Part shown: piece by piece, positions 15,812-24,726 of the stretch
How the letters are laid out: the number at the start of each line of letters is the position of its first letter
Position numbering within the stretch: position 1 is the first letter of the stretch
Source of the DNA: an uncultured Spirochaetaceae bacterium
Lineage (GTDB): Bacteria; Spirochaetota; Spirochaetia; Treponematales; Treponemataceae
Length of the DNA: 31,378 bases
Assembly: GCA_902797925.1 (NCBI GenBank)
Contig: CADBUT010000016.1
Location: 1-31,378 of the forward strand
Direction of reading: 5' to 3'
Notes under the pieces: model-generated
Seen by the model: only the letters and a program-made list of their open reading frames with translations
The model's database searches: none
What the model was told of the DNA's origin: nothing
Program-made: the position numbers and the translations under genes

Positions 15812-17074
15812 ATGAATTCGTTTAACGTAACAGAATTATCAAAAGAATCGGTCTTTACTAAAGAATTGTTGCTCGATGATACTTTTTTGTTATTAACTCC
15901 GCAGACACCTTTTAATGATAAACTTAAGCAGTCACTTTTGAATTGGGAATTCAGACAGGTTTGTTCCGAAGGTGAATTGGGAAAAACAGCACCGGCTGAG
16001 ATGCCAAAGCCTGCAACTTCATCTGCTTCTGTTGATGCAGCTATTGAAGAAACTTTTATGGAAACTGAAGTTGAAGAGCAGAGCGAAGAAAATAAAGATG
16101 GTTCTGTAATGGAACGTGCTCTTAAGCGTGTAGAAAACGTAAAAGAAGAAAACACAAGTATTGATAAAAATCACATGGTTCTTGTTCAGATTGTCTATGA
16201 AGAATACTTAAACTATGTCGAAGACGTTTATACAAAATTCACAACACACAAAAAATTGGATTACGAAGCAATTCATGCTCAATTAAAAGATTTTTGTGTA
16301 TTTATAAATGAGCAGCGCCGTTATATTTTACGTCTTCAGCCTGAAAATCAGGTAAACAGCAGAACATATCTTTTGAACCATGCTATGCGTTCTACAATAT
16401 TTGCTATCGCAATTGCTTTGCAGCTCCGTATGCCGTTCCCAAAACAGGTAGACCTCGCTGTAGCCTGTGTCCTGCACGAAATCGGAATGCTGAAGCTTCC
16501 TCCGCAGATTTATATAGTTAATAAACCTTTGTCTTTGGCAGACAGAAACAGTATGTATACACATCCGATTTTGTCTTATAATATTCTCAAAAATTATAAC
16601 TTCCCGCTGAGTATTCAGCTAGGTGCTCTTGAGCATCATGAAAAGCAAAACGGAACCGGCTATCCAAGAAAACTTACCGGTGAAAAGATTTCGCTTTTTG
16701 CTAAGATTATTTCTGTAGCCTGTTCTTTTGAGGCTATTACAGCTCCACGTCTGCATAAAGTTCAGCAAAGTTCTTACGAAGCTATGGTTGAGCTTTTGAA
16801 GAACAACGGTCTCCAGTTTGATGAAAATGTTATCAAGGCACTTTTGTTTGCTGTTTCGCTTTATCCAATTGGTGCTTATGTTTTCCTGCACAATGGAAAA
16901 ATCGGGCAGGTTGTTGATGTTAATCCGCTGAACCCAAAACTGCCGATAATTCAGATTTTAGGTGAAAAAGATGAACATGGAGATCCTGTAACAATGCCTA
17001 TCGGAACCGATCTTAAGATTGTCCGTACTTTAAGCCGCCAGGAAGTATTGGATTTACAGAAATCGCTTTCATAA
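15812..17074 (+). CDS. HD-GYP domain protein with degenerate catalytic motifs
   Basis: LHEIGMLK, THPILSY, EHHEKQNGTGYP, C-terminal YPIGAYVFLHNGKIGQV. Confidence 0.85.
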   Translation: MNSFNVTELSKESVFTKELLLDDTFLLLTPQTPFNDKLKQSLLNWEFRQVCSEGELGKTAPAEMPKPATSSASVDAAIEETFMETEVEEQSEENKDGSVMERALKRVENVKEENTSIDKNHMVLVQIVYEEYLNYVEDVYTKFTTHKKLDYEAIHAQLKDFCVFINEQRRYILRLQPENQVNSRTYLLNHAMRSTIFAIAIALQLRMPFPKQVDLAVACVLHEIGMLKLPPQIYIVNKPLSLADRNSMYTHPILSYNILKNYNFPLSIQLGALEHHEKQNGTGYPRKLTGEKISLFAKIISVACSFEAITAPRLHKVQQSSYEAMVELLKNNGLQFDENVIKALLFAVSLYPIGAYVFLHNGKIGQVVDVNPLNPKLPIIQILGEKDEHGDPVTMPIGTDLKIVRTLSRQEVLDLQKSLS

Positions 17075-17110
17075 TTTGAATTATTTTCACAGAACTATAA
17101 AACATTCTTG

Positions 17111-17142
17111 AAGTCTGCTGTTAAATACAGCAGACTTTTTTT
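17111..17142 (+). terminator. Intrinsic terminator after the HD-GYP gene
   Basis: Perfect 11-bp stem AAGTCTGCTGT / ACAGCAGACTT, 5-nt loop, T-run. Confidence 0.9.
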
Positions 17143-17220
17143 ATCTGTGCCCGCGTAAATTGAGTTGAAACTATTAATCAGAAAGAAAGCTTTTGAAATA
17201 AAAAAGTCTGTGAGCCGCAC

Positions 17221-18048
17221 TTATTTCCAGAGATAATAATTATGCAAAGATCTTAAAAAGCCGGAAGTTCCTGCAGATAAAAGAATTACGCCAGAAATAA
17301 AGAAAGCCGGATTGTCTGCCTCTTGAAGAATTATAAGTCCTGTTGAAAGCAGAAGGAAAAAAACTGCAGTCTGTTTGTATTCAGGCACTTCATTCTTTTT
17401 TGCCGTTATAAAAAAACTTACAGCAGTCGTTATTGCAAACAAAAAGCGGATAATTAGAAACAGCATATAATATGCAGTAGGAATAACCCATGTTGAATAA
17501 ATCGTAAGCGAATTAACCGGAATTGAGCATGCTGTAAGTACAGCCAGTGCTGTCAATCCGAATCTTGAGCTGGAATCCTGCATCTCGTTCTTTGTGCTGG
17601 AAAGTGCCGCCCCGCAAAGCATAATTGAAAAGCCCGTTAAGCGGCAGAAGAATACAAATTTTGAGACAACAATCAGCAGAAAGTAGTTTCCCTGCCAGAG
17701 ATTGAGCACCGGAAGAAAAAGCCTGGAAGCTTCAACAAGCATATTAATGAGAAATGTTGTAAAATAGACAATTTCAGGTGCGTGTGTTTTTTCAAAATAT
17801 TTTATTAACAGCAGAGAGCAGACCGTAATATAGCAGAGAATGAAAGTAGGGGCGGCAAGCACAGCCCACTTTGTGTATTGAAACGGCTTTATATCCGGCA
17901 GCTGGTTAAAAAATCTGGTCATTTGCGGAAAATTCATGAAAGAACCGTTGAAAAACTGAATTACATAAAGCGCGGTAATTGAAAGAAAAATCACTGCGGA
18001 AAAAATTGTGAGCATTCTTATGATTCGGTTGCGTAATGAAAGTGTCAT
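17221..18048 (-). CDS. Hypothetical polytopic membrane protein
   Basis: 275-aa ORF with about 8 hydrophobic segments. Confidence 0.7.
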   Translation of the reverse strand: MTLSLRNRIIRMLTIFSAVIFLSITALYVIQFFNGSFMNFPQMTRFFNQLPDIKPFQYTKWAVLAAPTFILCYITVCSLLLIKYFEKTHAPEIVYFTTFLINMLVEASRLFLPVLNLWQGNYFLLIVVSKFVFFCRLTGFSIMLCGAALSSTKNEMQDSSSRFGLTALAVLTACSIPVNSLTIYSTWVIPTAYYMLFLIIRFLFAITTAVSFFITAKKNEVPEYKQTAVFFLLLSTGLIILQEADNPAFFISGVILLSAGTSGFLRSLHNYYLWK

Positions 18049-18159
18049 GTTTTAAGAATATCGTGAACTGAAATAACTGTAAAGCGCATTCTTTGATGCT
18101 CCGAAAATAGTAATGATAAAGTTTTACTTTATTAAAAACAATTGAAAATAGGAGGGGTT

Positions 18160-18942
18160 ATGAAAAAAACAAAAATATTTGTTCTTTTTCTGTCAATTTT
18201 CTCTTGTTGTTTATGGGCCGATACAGCACGGTTTAATGACATGGGTTTTTCTCCTGACGGGTTGCAATATCTGTTTGGTCAGTACGGAGAATTAATTCAG
18301 TCAGACGGAAGTACTAAAGGTTATGCTGAATTTTTTGCTGTAGATACAGCGAAAAACGAGTACGTGAAAGACGGCACTTTTAAAACAACAGCATCGGGTA
18401 AAACTTCGGGGTTAAGCGGTGAAAAGGTTTTTGAGCAGCTTGTAACAACAGAAGATTCGTTTATAAGCTCGTACAAAATTCCAGATGAATCAAATTCAGT
18501 TATTCTTTATCAGGTTTGCGGTTCTATCGGTTTGAACGATTATAACGGCTTGGGGCTTCTAACTTCTGATACAATCGGAAAAGATGCAGAATCGTCACCA
18601 TTGTATAAAGATGTTGTGGAATTCCGAGATTTTGATAACCCTTCAACTAACGAAGTTGAAACTTATAAAGTTAGAATCAACGAGCTTGTTGAAGGCAAAG
18701 GCCGTAATGCAGAATCCAGCTTTTATTTAGTTGTTGAGCAGAAAACTTCAAGCGGCAAAAACCGGAGCTTTTTGGTCGGTAATCCGAAGATTAAGCGGAA
18801 AGGTGTTTCGGGCTACCGCTTGAACCGCGTTTTAAGAGACAAAAACGGCAAATCGCTTGTTTTTGTAATCGAAAAACAGGTTGAAGAATCTTACGGTCCT
18901 GCAGTTCGTTTTATGGTAGAAACTGTAAGGCTGCCGAACTAG
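18160..18942 (+). CDS. Secreted protein, DUF2259-like
   Basis: ATG 18160 follows GGAGG. Signal peptide MKKTKIFVLFLSIFSCCLWA, then DTARFNDMGFSPDGLQYLFGQYG, resembling DUF2259. Confidence 0.7.
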   Translation: MKKTKIFVLFLSIFSCCLWADTARFNDMGFSPDGLQYLFGQYGELIQSDGSTKGYAEFFAVDTAKNEYVKDGTFKTTASGKTSGLSGEKVFEQLVTTEDSFISSYKIPDESNSVILYQVCGSIGLNDYNGLGLLTSDTIGKDAESSPLYKDVVEFRDFDNPSTNEVETYKVRINELVEGKGRNAESSFYLVVEQKTSSGKNRSFLVGNPKIKRKGVSGYRLNRVLRDKNGKSLVFVIEKQVEESYGPAVRFMVETVRLPN

Positions 18943-18957
18943 ATTTTAGTGTTGAAT

Positions 18958-18990
18958 GGAGCTTCTGCTTTTGAAGCTCCGTTTTTTTTT
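18958..18990 (+). terminator. Intrinsic terminator between convergent genes
   Basis: GGAGCTTC / GAAGCTCC stem followed by T9. Confidence 0.85.
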
Positions 18991-19013
18991 GCGCAGCCAG
19001 CGTTAAAGTTCTG

Positions 19014-19424
19014 CTATGCTTGTTCTGCAGCCACTCTTCTGAAAATCTGAAAAGCTTCGTGATCGTCTTCGTTAATGTATCTGACATAAACAGTGTTCAT
19101 ATCTAGAACCTGTTCCTGCCAGATTGATTCAAGCCATAATGCTTCTGCCGCTTCGTTCAGACTGTCTTGTTTTACGTCGCCCTGCACAAAAAAGTATTTG
19201 CCGGCTTTTATAGCATAATCAGGTGTAGCTGTGCTGTCTTTTGGCAGTGCAAAGCCGCATTTTTTTCCGTCCAGAAGATACTCGTCAAGAGACGGGCTCA
19301 TATTGTGCTTTGAAACGCCGTTCCTGTAAATTTCAAGCCGTTCATTTTTGTTAGTCTCAATATTTGAATCTGCCGAAAAGTTTAAGTCTTTATAAAGTGT
19401 AAGAATTTTAATCGAAAAAGCCAT
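19014..19424 (-). CDS. Hypothetical protein
   Basis: 136-aa ORF lying 31 nt downstream of the permease gene on the same strand. Confidence 0.6.
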   Translation of the reverse strand: MAFSIKILTLYKDLNFSADSNIETNKNERLEIYRNGVSKHNMSPSLDEYLLDGKKCGFALPKDSTATPDYAIKAGKYFFVQGDVKQDSLNEAAEALWLESIWQEQVLDMNTVYVRYINEDDHEAFQIFRRVAAEQA

Positions 19425-19455
19425 GCTGATAATTTACAGAAAGTACCACGCTTTG

Positions 19456-20619
19456 TCAAAACCCGCCTTCAAGCAGCCGGAATCCCAGATAAAGCAGAAC
19501 CAGAATTACAAGAAAAATCACGTTATAAAGCGAAAAAACCGGCAGAAACGGCTCTTTTTCTTCTAACGGAATGTTCGAATTCTGATAGAGCTTGTATGAG
19601 ATTACGCTTGCAAGCGATGCGATGATTGTGCCGAGACCACCGATATTTACGCCTGCAAGCAGGGCTTTTGCATTTTCAGTAAAGCTTGAAAGCAGAAGCG
19701 CAGCCGGTACGTTGCTGATAATCTGGCTCAAGCCAAGCCCGGCAAAGAAAGTGCCGGTTTCTGTGTCGAGAATGTTCTTGAAAAATGCCTGCACGGCTTT
19801 TACAGAAGAAACATTCGACGTAAAAATGAAAAAGCCTGTAAAAGTCAGAAGCAGCGTATAATCCACTTTTAAGAGAAGCTTTCTGTTAAAAATTAAAACC
19901 GCAACAAGCGTAATTGCAAAGCTTATCAGATAATGTATTGCATGAAACACCGAAAGCAGATTGATTATCAGAAGAATAAGATAGACATAAATGGAAAAGC
20001 CTTTTTCGACACCGGCTGGTCCTAAAGTTGAGACAATATTGATTTTTGCAGTCTTAACATCTTTGGTTGCTGCCATAAGAAAGACGAAAAGCAGAAAAAA
20101 TGACGGAATTCCGATTTTCAGCGTTGTCAAAAAGAAATCGGTATTGGTCATTTTATAGAACGAATAAATGAAAAGGTTCTGCGGGTTGCCCATTGGCGTC
20201 ATGCACGAGCCGAGATTTGCCGCAAGCGTTTCAAAGACTATCAGCTTGAGCGGCTTTATGTTTGCGTGGCTGCAGACTATAAGCGTAATCGGCACAAATG
20301 TAAGCAGAGCAACATCGTTTGTGACGACTGCGGCGCAAAAAAAGACGAGCATACACAAGATGAAATAAACTGAGCGGACTGTTTTGCATTTGCGCAGAAG
20401 GTTCTGCGAAAGCGAATCGAGTACATTGATGCTTTTGAAAGCGGCAATTACAGTCATCAGGCAGAACAAAAGCGAAAGAACCCTGAAATCAATTGCTTCG
20501 AGAATCTCTTTCGGCGTAGGTTTGCAAAAAAAGCAGGAAACAATACCGCATGTCAGTGCTGCCGAAAGTACAACATCTTTTTTCAGCGTTACAAAAATTC
20601 TTTTTATAAATGTATTCAT
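19456..20619 (-). CDS. ArsB/NhaD/CitMHS (SLC13-like) anion permease
   Basis: VTNDVALLTFVP, LAANLGSCMTPMGNPQNLFIY, SQIISNVPAA, NIGGLGTIIASLAS. GGAGA RBS on the minus strand. Confidence 0.88.
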   Translation of the reverse strand: MNTFIKRIFVTLKKDVVLSAALTCGIVSCFFCKPTPKEILEAIDFRVLSLLFCLMTVIAAFKSINVLDSLSQNLLRKCKTVRSVYFILCMLVFFCAAVVTNDVALLTFVPITLIVCSHANIKPLKLIVFETLAANLGSCMTPMGNPQNLFIYSFYKMTNTDFFLTTLKIGIPSFFLLFVFLMAATKDVKTAKINIVSTLGPAGVEKGFSIYVYLILLIINLLSVFHAIHYLISFAITLVAVLIFNRKLLLKVDYTLLLTFTGFFIFTSNVSSVKAVQAFFKNILDTETGTFFAGLGLSQIISNVPAALLLSSFTENAKALLAGVNIGGLGTIIASLASVISYKLYQNSNIPLEEKEPFLPVFSLYNVIFLVILVLLYLGFRLLEGGF

Positions 20620-20688
20620 ACTTCTCCGTTATAATGAAGTGACGCCATTTTAGCAAGCCGGAATGCAGAAACAAGTCCGGCTTTCAGC

Positions 20689-20717
20689 TTGTGTAAAAAC
20701 GATTAACAGTGTACTAT
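20689..20717 (+). promoter_or_regulatory. Candidate sigma70 promoter of the S1-domain gene
   Basis: TTGTGT (20689-20694), 17-nt spacer, TACTAT (20712-20717). Confidence 0.4.
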
Positions 20718-20741
20718 TTCAGCGAAAAGTGGAGGATTTGT

Positions 20742-21836
20742 ATGAAAAAATTGTTGCCAGGTGAAGAAATAAATGCTGCAATTGTGCAGATTTCAGATGA
20801 TACAATTTTTCTTGATTTAAATTCAAAAAGCGAAGGCGTGCTGAATGCCGCAGAGCTGAAAGATGAGAACGGAAACCTTTCTGTAAAAGAAGGCGATGTA
20901 ATAAAGGCATATTTCCTTGATGACAAGAATGGTGAAATGCGTTTTACTACTAAAATTGCCTCAAACAATGCGGATAAGACTATAATTGAAAATGCTTATA
21001 AAAACGGCATTCCTGTTGAGGGAAAAGTCGAAAAAGAGATAAAAGGCGGCTACGAAGTAAAAATCGGAAACATCCGCGCATTCTGTCCGTTTTCACAGAT
21101 GGGCGGACGCCGCAAAGAAGAAAACGAAACTTTTGAAGGCAAGACATTAACTTTTAAAATTACAGAATACAAGAATGATGGAAGAAATGTTCTGGTTTCT
21201 AACCGCGCTGTTTTAGAAGCCGCAAGACTTTCTCAAATGGAAACTTTAAAATCGAAACTGAAGGTCGGCATGACTGTAAGCGGTAAAGTTCTTTCGCTCC
21301 AGCCGTTCGGTGCTTTTGTTGATGTTCAGGGTTTTCAGGCTTTGCTGCCGGTTTCAGAAATTTCAAGAGGACGTGTCGAAAACGTTGCTGATTTTCTTGA
21401 ACCAGGGCAGGAAATTACAGCTTCTGTTATTAAGACAGACTGGGAACATGAAAAAGTAACGCTCAGCATGAAAGCACTGCTTGCAGATCCATGGGATACT
21501 GTTTCTGAAAGGTACAAGCCTGAACAGAAAGTCAGCGGCAGCGTTGCAAGAATTGCAGATTTCGGAATCTTTGTTAATATTGAAGACGGCGTTGACGGAC
21601 TTGTGCATATTTCCACTATTGAGAAAGCAAAAGCAAACACAAATTTGAGAAAGCTTTTCAGGGTTGGGGATAAATTTGATGCCCAGATTATTTCAATTGA
21701 TTCAGCAAACCGCCGTATCTCGCTTGCTCCGGCTTCGTCTGTCAAGCAGGATGATGATTCTGAAGAATATTTGAAAAATCAGGATGATTCGGGTGAAACA
21801 TATAATCCGTTTGCAGCGCTGCTTAAAAAGAAATAG
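20742..21836 (+). CDS. S1 RNA-binding domain protein (short RpsA-like, four S1 domains)
   Basis: ATG 20742 follows GGAGG. S1 repeats include VEGKVEKEIKGG...RAFCPFSQ, QPFGAFVDV...LLPVSEIS and DFGIFVNI...GLVHIS. Ends NPFAALL. Confidence 0.88.
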   Translation: MKKLLPGEEINAAIVQISDDTIFLDLNSKSEGVLNAAELKDENGNLSVKEGDVIKAYFLDDKNGEMRFTTKIASNNADKTIIENAYKNGIPVEGKVEKEIKGGYEVKIGNIRAFCPFSQMGGRRKEENETFEGKTLTFKITEYKNDGRNVLVSNRAVLEAARLSQMETLKSKLKVGMTVSGKVLSLQPFGAFVDVQGFQALLPVSEISRGRVENVADFLEPGQEITASVIKTDWEHEKVTLSMKALLADPWDTVSERYKPEQKVSGSVARIADFGIFVNIEDGVDGLVHISTIEKAKANTNLRKLFRVGDKFDAQIISIDSANRRISLAPASSVKQDDDSEEYLKNQDDSGETYNPFAALLKKK

Positions 21837-21859
21837 ATCTTTTATCCTGTTTTTTCTGG

Positions 21860-21887
21860 ACCGGAACTGTATGGTTCCGGTTTTTTT
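21860..21887 (+). terminator. Intrinsic terminator after the S1-domain gene
   Basis: ACCGGAAC / GTTCCGGT stem followed by a T-run. Confidence 0.88.
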
Positions 21888-22130
21888 ATATGCGTATGCA
21901 GCTGTCAATGAGGTTATTCGAAGTTAGAGAATTTTAGAGATTTTATGCATAAAAATAATTTATGTCATTTTGTATAAAGACTTTAAACGATTAATTTGGA
22001 TATTTTACAAGATTAATGCCACAAAATTTCATATTATTGCATAATATAATCTTTATTATTTATCGATAATACGGTATAATATTTTACTATAATGATATTA
22101 GTTTAGTTGAAACACTTCAAGGGTACCATT

Positions 22131-22610
22131 GTGAAAAAAATGTTTGCTTTTTTTGCCTTATGTTTTATTGTCTTATGTGCAGTTTCTGCTCAAAGTGCAG
22201 ACATAATAGGTGATATAGTAAAAGAAGAAAAAACGACTTGGAAAAGTTTGACATACTTGGCTTATTATTCTGATGATGACAATGTTGATAAATCAATTTC
22301 ACTGGCCGGTGCCTTTGAATATTTTTCCAATGCCGGTATTATTCCTTCCGGTGTTACTCCTGATACATTATTACGCTATGATGATATGAGCTTGTTTTTT
22401 CTTAAATCTTTTGATATTAAGGCAACAAGTATTTTGTCTTATTGTTTCCATTCAAGACATTATGCTTTCAGACAGATGAAATATTATGGTGTTATAAAGC
22501 CGGATGCTTTCCCTGGAGATAAAATGACCGGATCGTTTTTTGTAACTATCATGGGAAAATTTTCATCAACTTTTCCAAATGCAAAATTGATTTATAAAGG
22601 AGCTTACTGA
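22131..22610 (+). CDS. Small secreted hypothetical protein
   Basis: GTG 22131 gives the signal peptide MKKMFAFFALCFIVLCAVSA (the ORF track starts at TTG 22107). Its stop overlaps the next ATG (TGATG). Confidence 0.65.
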   Translation: MKKMFAFFALCFIVLCAVSAQSADIIGDIVKEEKTTWKSLTYLAYYSDDDNVDKSISLAGAFEYFSNAGIIPSGVTPDTLLRYDDMSLFFLKSFDIKATSILSYCFHSRHYAFRQMKYYGVIKPDAFPGDKMTGSFFVTIMGKFSSTFPNAKLIYKGAY

Positions 22611-23890
22611 TGAAACCTCTTGCTGTTTGTTCAAAACTCCGTCTTTGTATTTGTTCATTTTTACTGTGTTTTTTGTTCTTACCGCTTTTTTCAATAGATT
22701 TGAATGTGAATTATGGTGCTGATTTGTCAGCCAAATTTGCAGTTTCTGACTGGTTTTCTTATGAGTATAAATTGTCTCCCTGGATTGATTTTCGTTTTGC
22801 TGACGGCTGGAGATTTACGGCACAAGGCAGTGCATATTACCGCTTAAACCCGAAAGTGCCGCATTGCCGTCCCTTTGTTGATCTTGAACTGTTCCGTATT
22901 CAGACAAGAAAGTTTCCGTTCTGCCATGGCTTTGTTAGTTATGAATTCGGACGTATTAAGATAAAAGATACGCACGAGATGATTATGAATGAATCTGCAG
23001 ATGGTGTTGCAATTCATGTAAACATTCCGGGCATAGTTATGGATGTAACTGCCTCTTACCTAGGCTTTCAGTCTTATTATACTTCAACCAGTATGCTTTC
23101 GTATGATGACTTTTACAATGCTTCGGTTTTACCGGAGCCGTATTATGGTCTCGCCGCAAAGCGTGCTGTTTTCCAGTGGTCAACGCTTTTTCCTGAATTT
23201 GGTGGAAACCGTATTGATCTTTTTGGTGATATGATAGCCCAGCTTGATTTGCGCCGTGTTATCAATGACAGTAAACTTACAAAGAAGAAAAAGGATATAA
23301 AAGAACTTGTTGATTCTATGTATATGGCAACAGGTATAAACGGACCTTTCCTTAAATCAACAAGATTGTATTATGATTTAGGTATAGTTGGAGAAGCTGT
23401 TTCAAGACAGACTGCAAAAAAATCAGAAACTTATATGGCTGGTTATTTGAATGCCGGTATGTCATGGTTCTTAATGCGCAACATGCAGCTTGCAACTCGT
23501 TTACAGTATGGTACTCCAAACAATGATGAAGGTATGTCTGAATATAGACCGATAACCTATAAAAATGCCGGTATTTTTTACGAAGGCGGTTTTGCAGATC
23601 TTGTAAAACCGGAGCTGTCGTTTAAGTGGAGGCCTTCTTCTCAAGTTTCTTTCTCGACTTCTTTGTCCGGATTTATACGTCCTAGAAAAAAGGAAGAGTT
23701 GAAGGATATAAAAACACGCCGCGAGAAGTTTGAGAAAATTTACACATATACTGAATTTTCATTGGGCGGTATGTTTGTTATAGCAAATGATGTCCGCATT
23801 GGTGCTGATATAATGTACGGAGTAAACAGCATCAAAAAGAACAGGCAATTTGATTACTCAGTTCAGCTTAAATTTAATGTAGGACTGTAA
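22610..23890 (+). CDS. Secreted protein, candidate outer-membrane beta-barrel
   Basis: N-terminal signal peptide. Many alternating hydrophobic/aromatic strand-like segments (LNVNYGADLSAKF, LSFKWRPSSQVSFSTSL, YSVQLKFNVGL). Confidence 0.6.
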   Translation: MKPLAVCSKLRLCICSFLLCFLFLPLFSIDLNVNYGADLSAKFAVSDWFSYEYKLSPWIDFRFADGWRFTAQGSAYYRLNPKVPHCRPFVDLELFRIQTRKFPFCHGFVSYEFGRIKIKDTHEMIMNESADGVAIHVNIPGIVMDVTASYLGFQSYYTSTSMLSYDDFYNASVLPEPYYGLAAKRAVFQWSTLFPEFGGNRIDLFGDMIAQLDLRRVINDSKLTKKKKDIKELVDSMYMATGINGPFLKSTRLYYDLGIVGEAVSRQTAKKSETYMAGYLNAGMSWFLMRNMQLATRLQYGTPNNDEGMSEYRPITYKNAGIFYEGGFADLVKPELSFKWRPSSQVSFSTSLSGFIRPRKKEELKDIKTRREKFEKIYTYTEFSLGGMFVIANDVRIGADIMYGVNSIKKNRQFDYSVQLKFNVGL

Positions 23891-23913
23891 TTTGAACTGT
23901 ATCAAATCTAAAG

Positions 23914-23954
23914 AGCCTTCTCTATCGCTTAGGGCATAGAGTAAGGCTTTTTTT
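23914..23954 (+). terminator. Intrinsic terminator after the beta-barrel gene
   Basis: AGCCTT-CTCTAT ... ATAGAG-T-AAGGCT stem with one bulge, followed by a T-run. Confidence 0.75.
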
Positions 23955-23980
23955 ATTTCTGATAATAACGGGGCTGAAAA

Positions 23981-24706
23981 ATGGAAGACAAAACAAATTT
24001 TGATAAAATCAATGAATATTATCAGGAAAATTTTGACAGTGTATTTGCACGTACAGAAAAAGCCTTGTCTGGAAACCGTGAAAACAACTATAAAATTTTG
24101 GGCTGGGAAAGCCGGGACGCTCAATATAAAAGATTTTCGATACTTGCGAAAAACATAAATTTGAATAACAAAAAATTGCTTGATGTAGGATCCGGTCTTG
24201 GCGATTTATATCATTTTTTGACGCAAGGGCTGCATTGGTATGTTGATTATGTGGGAACAGATATTTTGCCGAATATGGTGAAAATGGCAGAGGCACAGGC
24301 AGAACAAATAAAATTGCCGGCCGGTGTCAACGCAGTATACAGATTCATTAATACTGATATTTTTGATGCGAATTCAGAAAAATTGAAAAATGACAAATTT
24401 GATGTTGTATATACATCAGGTATTTTCAACTTGAATTTAGGAAACAACAGAACATTTTTGAAATCATCATTTGAGAAATTTGCTGCGATTGCTGATGAGT
24501 ATTTTGTATGTTCTCTGCTAAGTGATACATCATCAAACAAGGAAGATGCATATTATTATTATAATTCTGAGATTGTTGAAAAATCGATGGTTGATGTAAA
24601 GAAAATGTATCCGTATTCTGAATATACAATAATTGACGGATATCTTCCAAACGATATGACTGTTATCTGGGAAAAATCACCAGATTCTGGCACACAGATA
24701 CTCTGA
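23981..24706 (+). CDS. Class I SAM-dependent methyltransferase
   Basis: GWESRDAQYKRF, motif I LLDVGSGLG, YVGTDI, FDVVYTSGIFN. Confidence 0.88.
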   Translation: MEDKTNFDKINEYYQENFDSVFARTEKALSGNRENNYKILGWESRDAQYKRFSILAKNINLNNKKLLDVGSGLGDLYHFLTQGLHWYVDYVGTDILPNMVKMAEAQAEQIKLPAGVNAVYRFINTDIFDANSEKLKNDKFDVVYTSGIFNLNLGNNRTFLKSSFEKFAAIADEYFVCSLLSDTSSNKEDAYYYYNSEIVEKSMVDVKKMYPYSEYTIIDGYLPNDMTVIWEKSPDSGTQIL

Positions 24707-24726
24707 TTAATTCCGATGGAGAGTTT

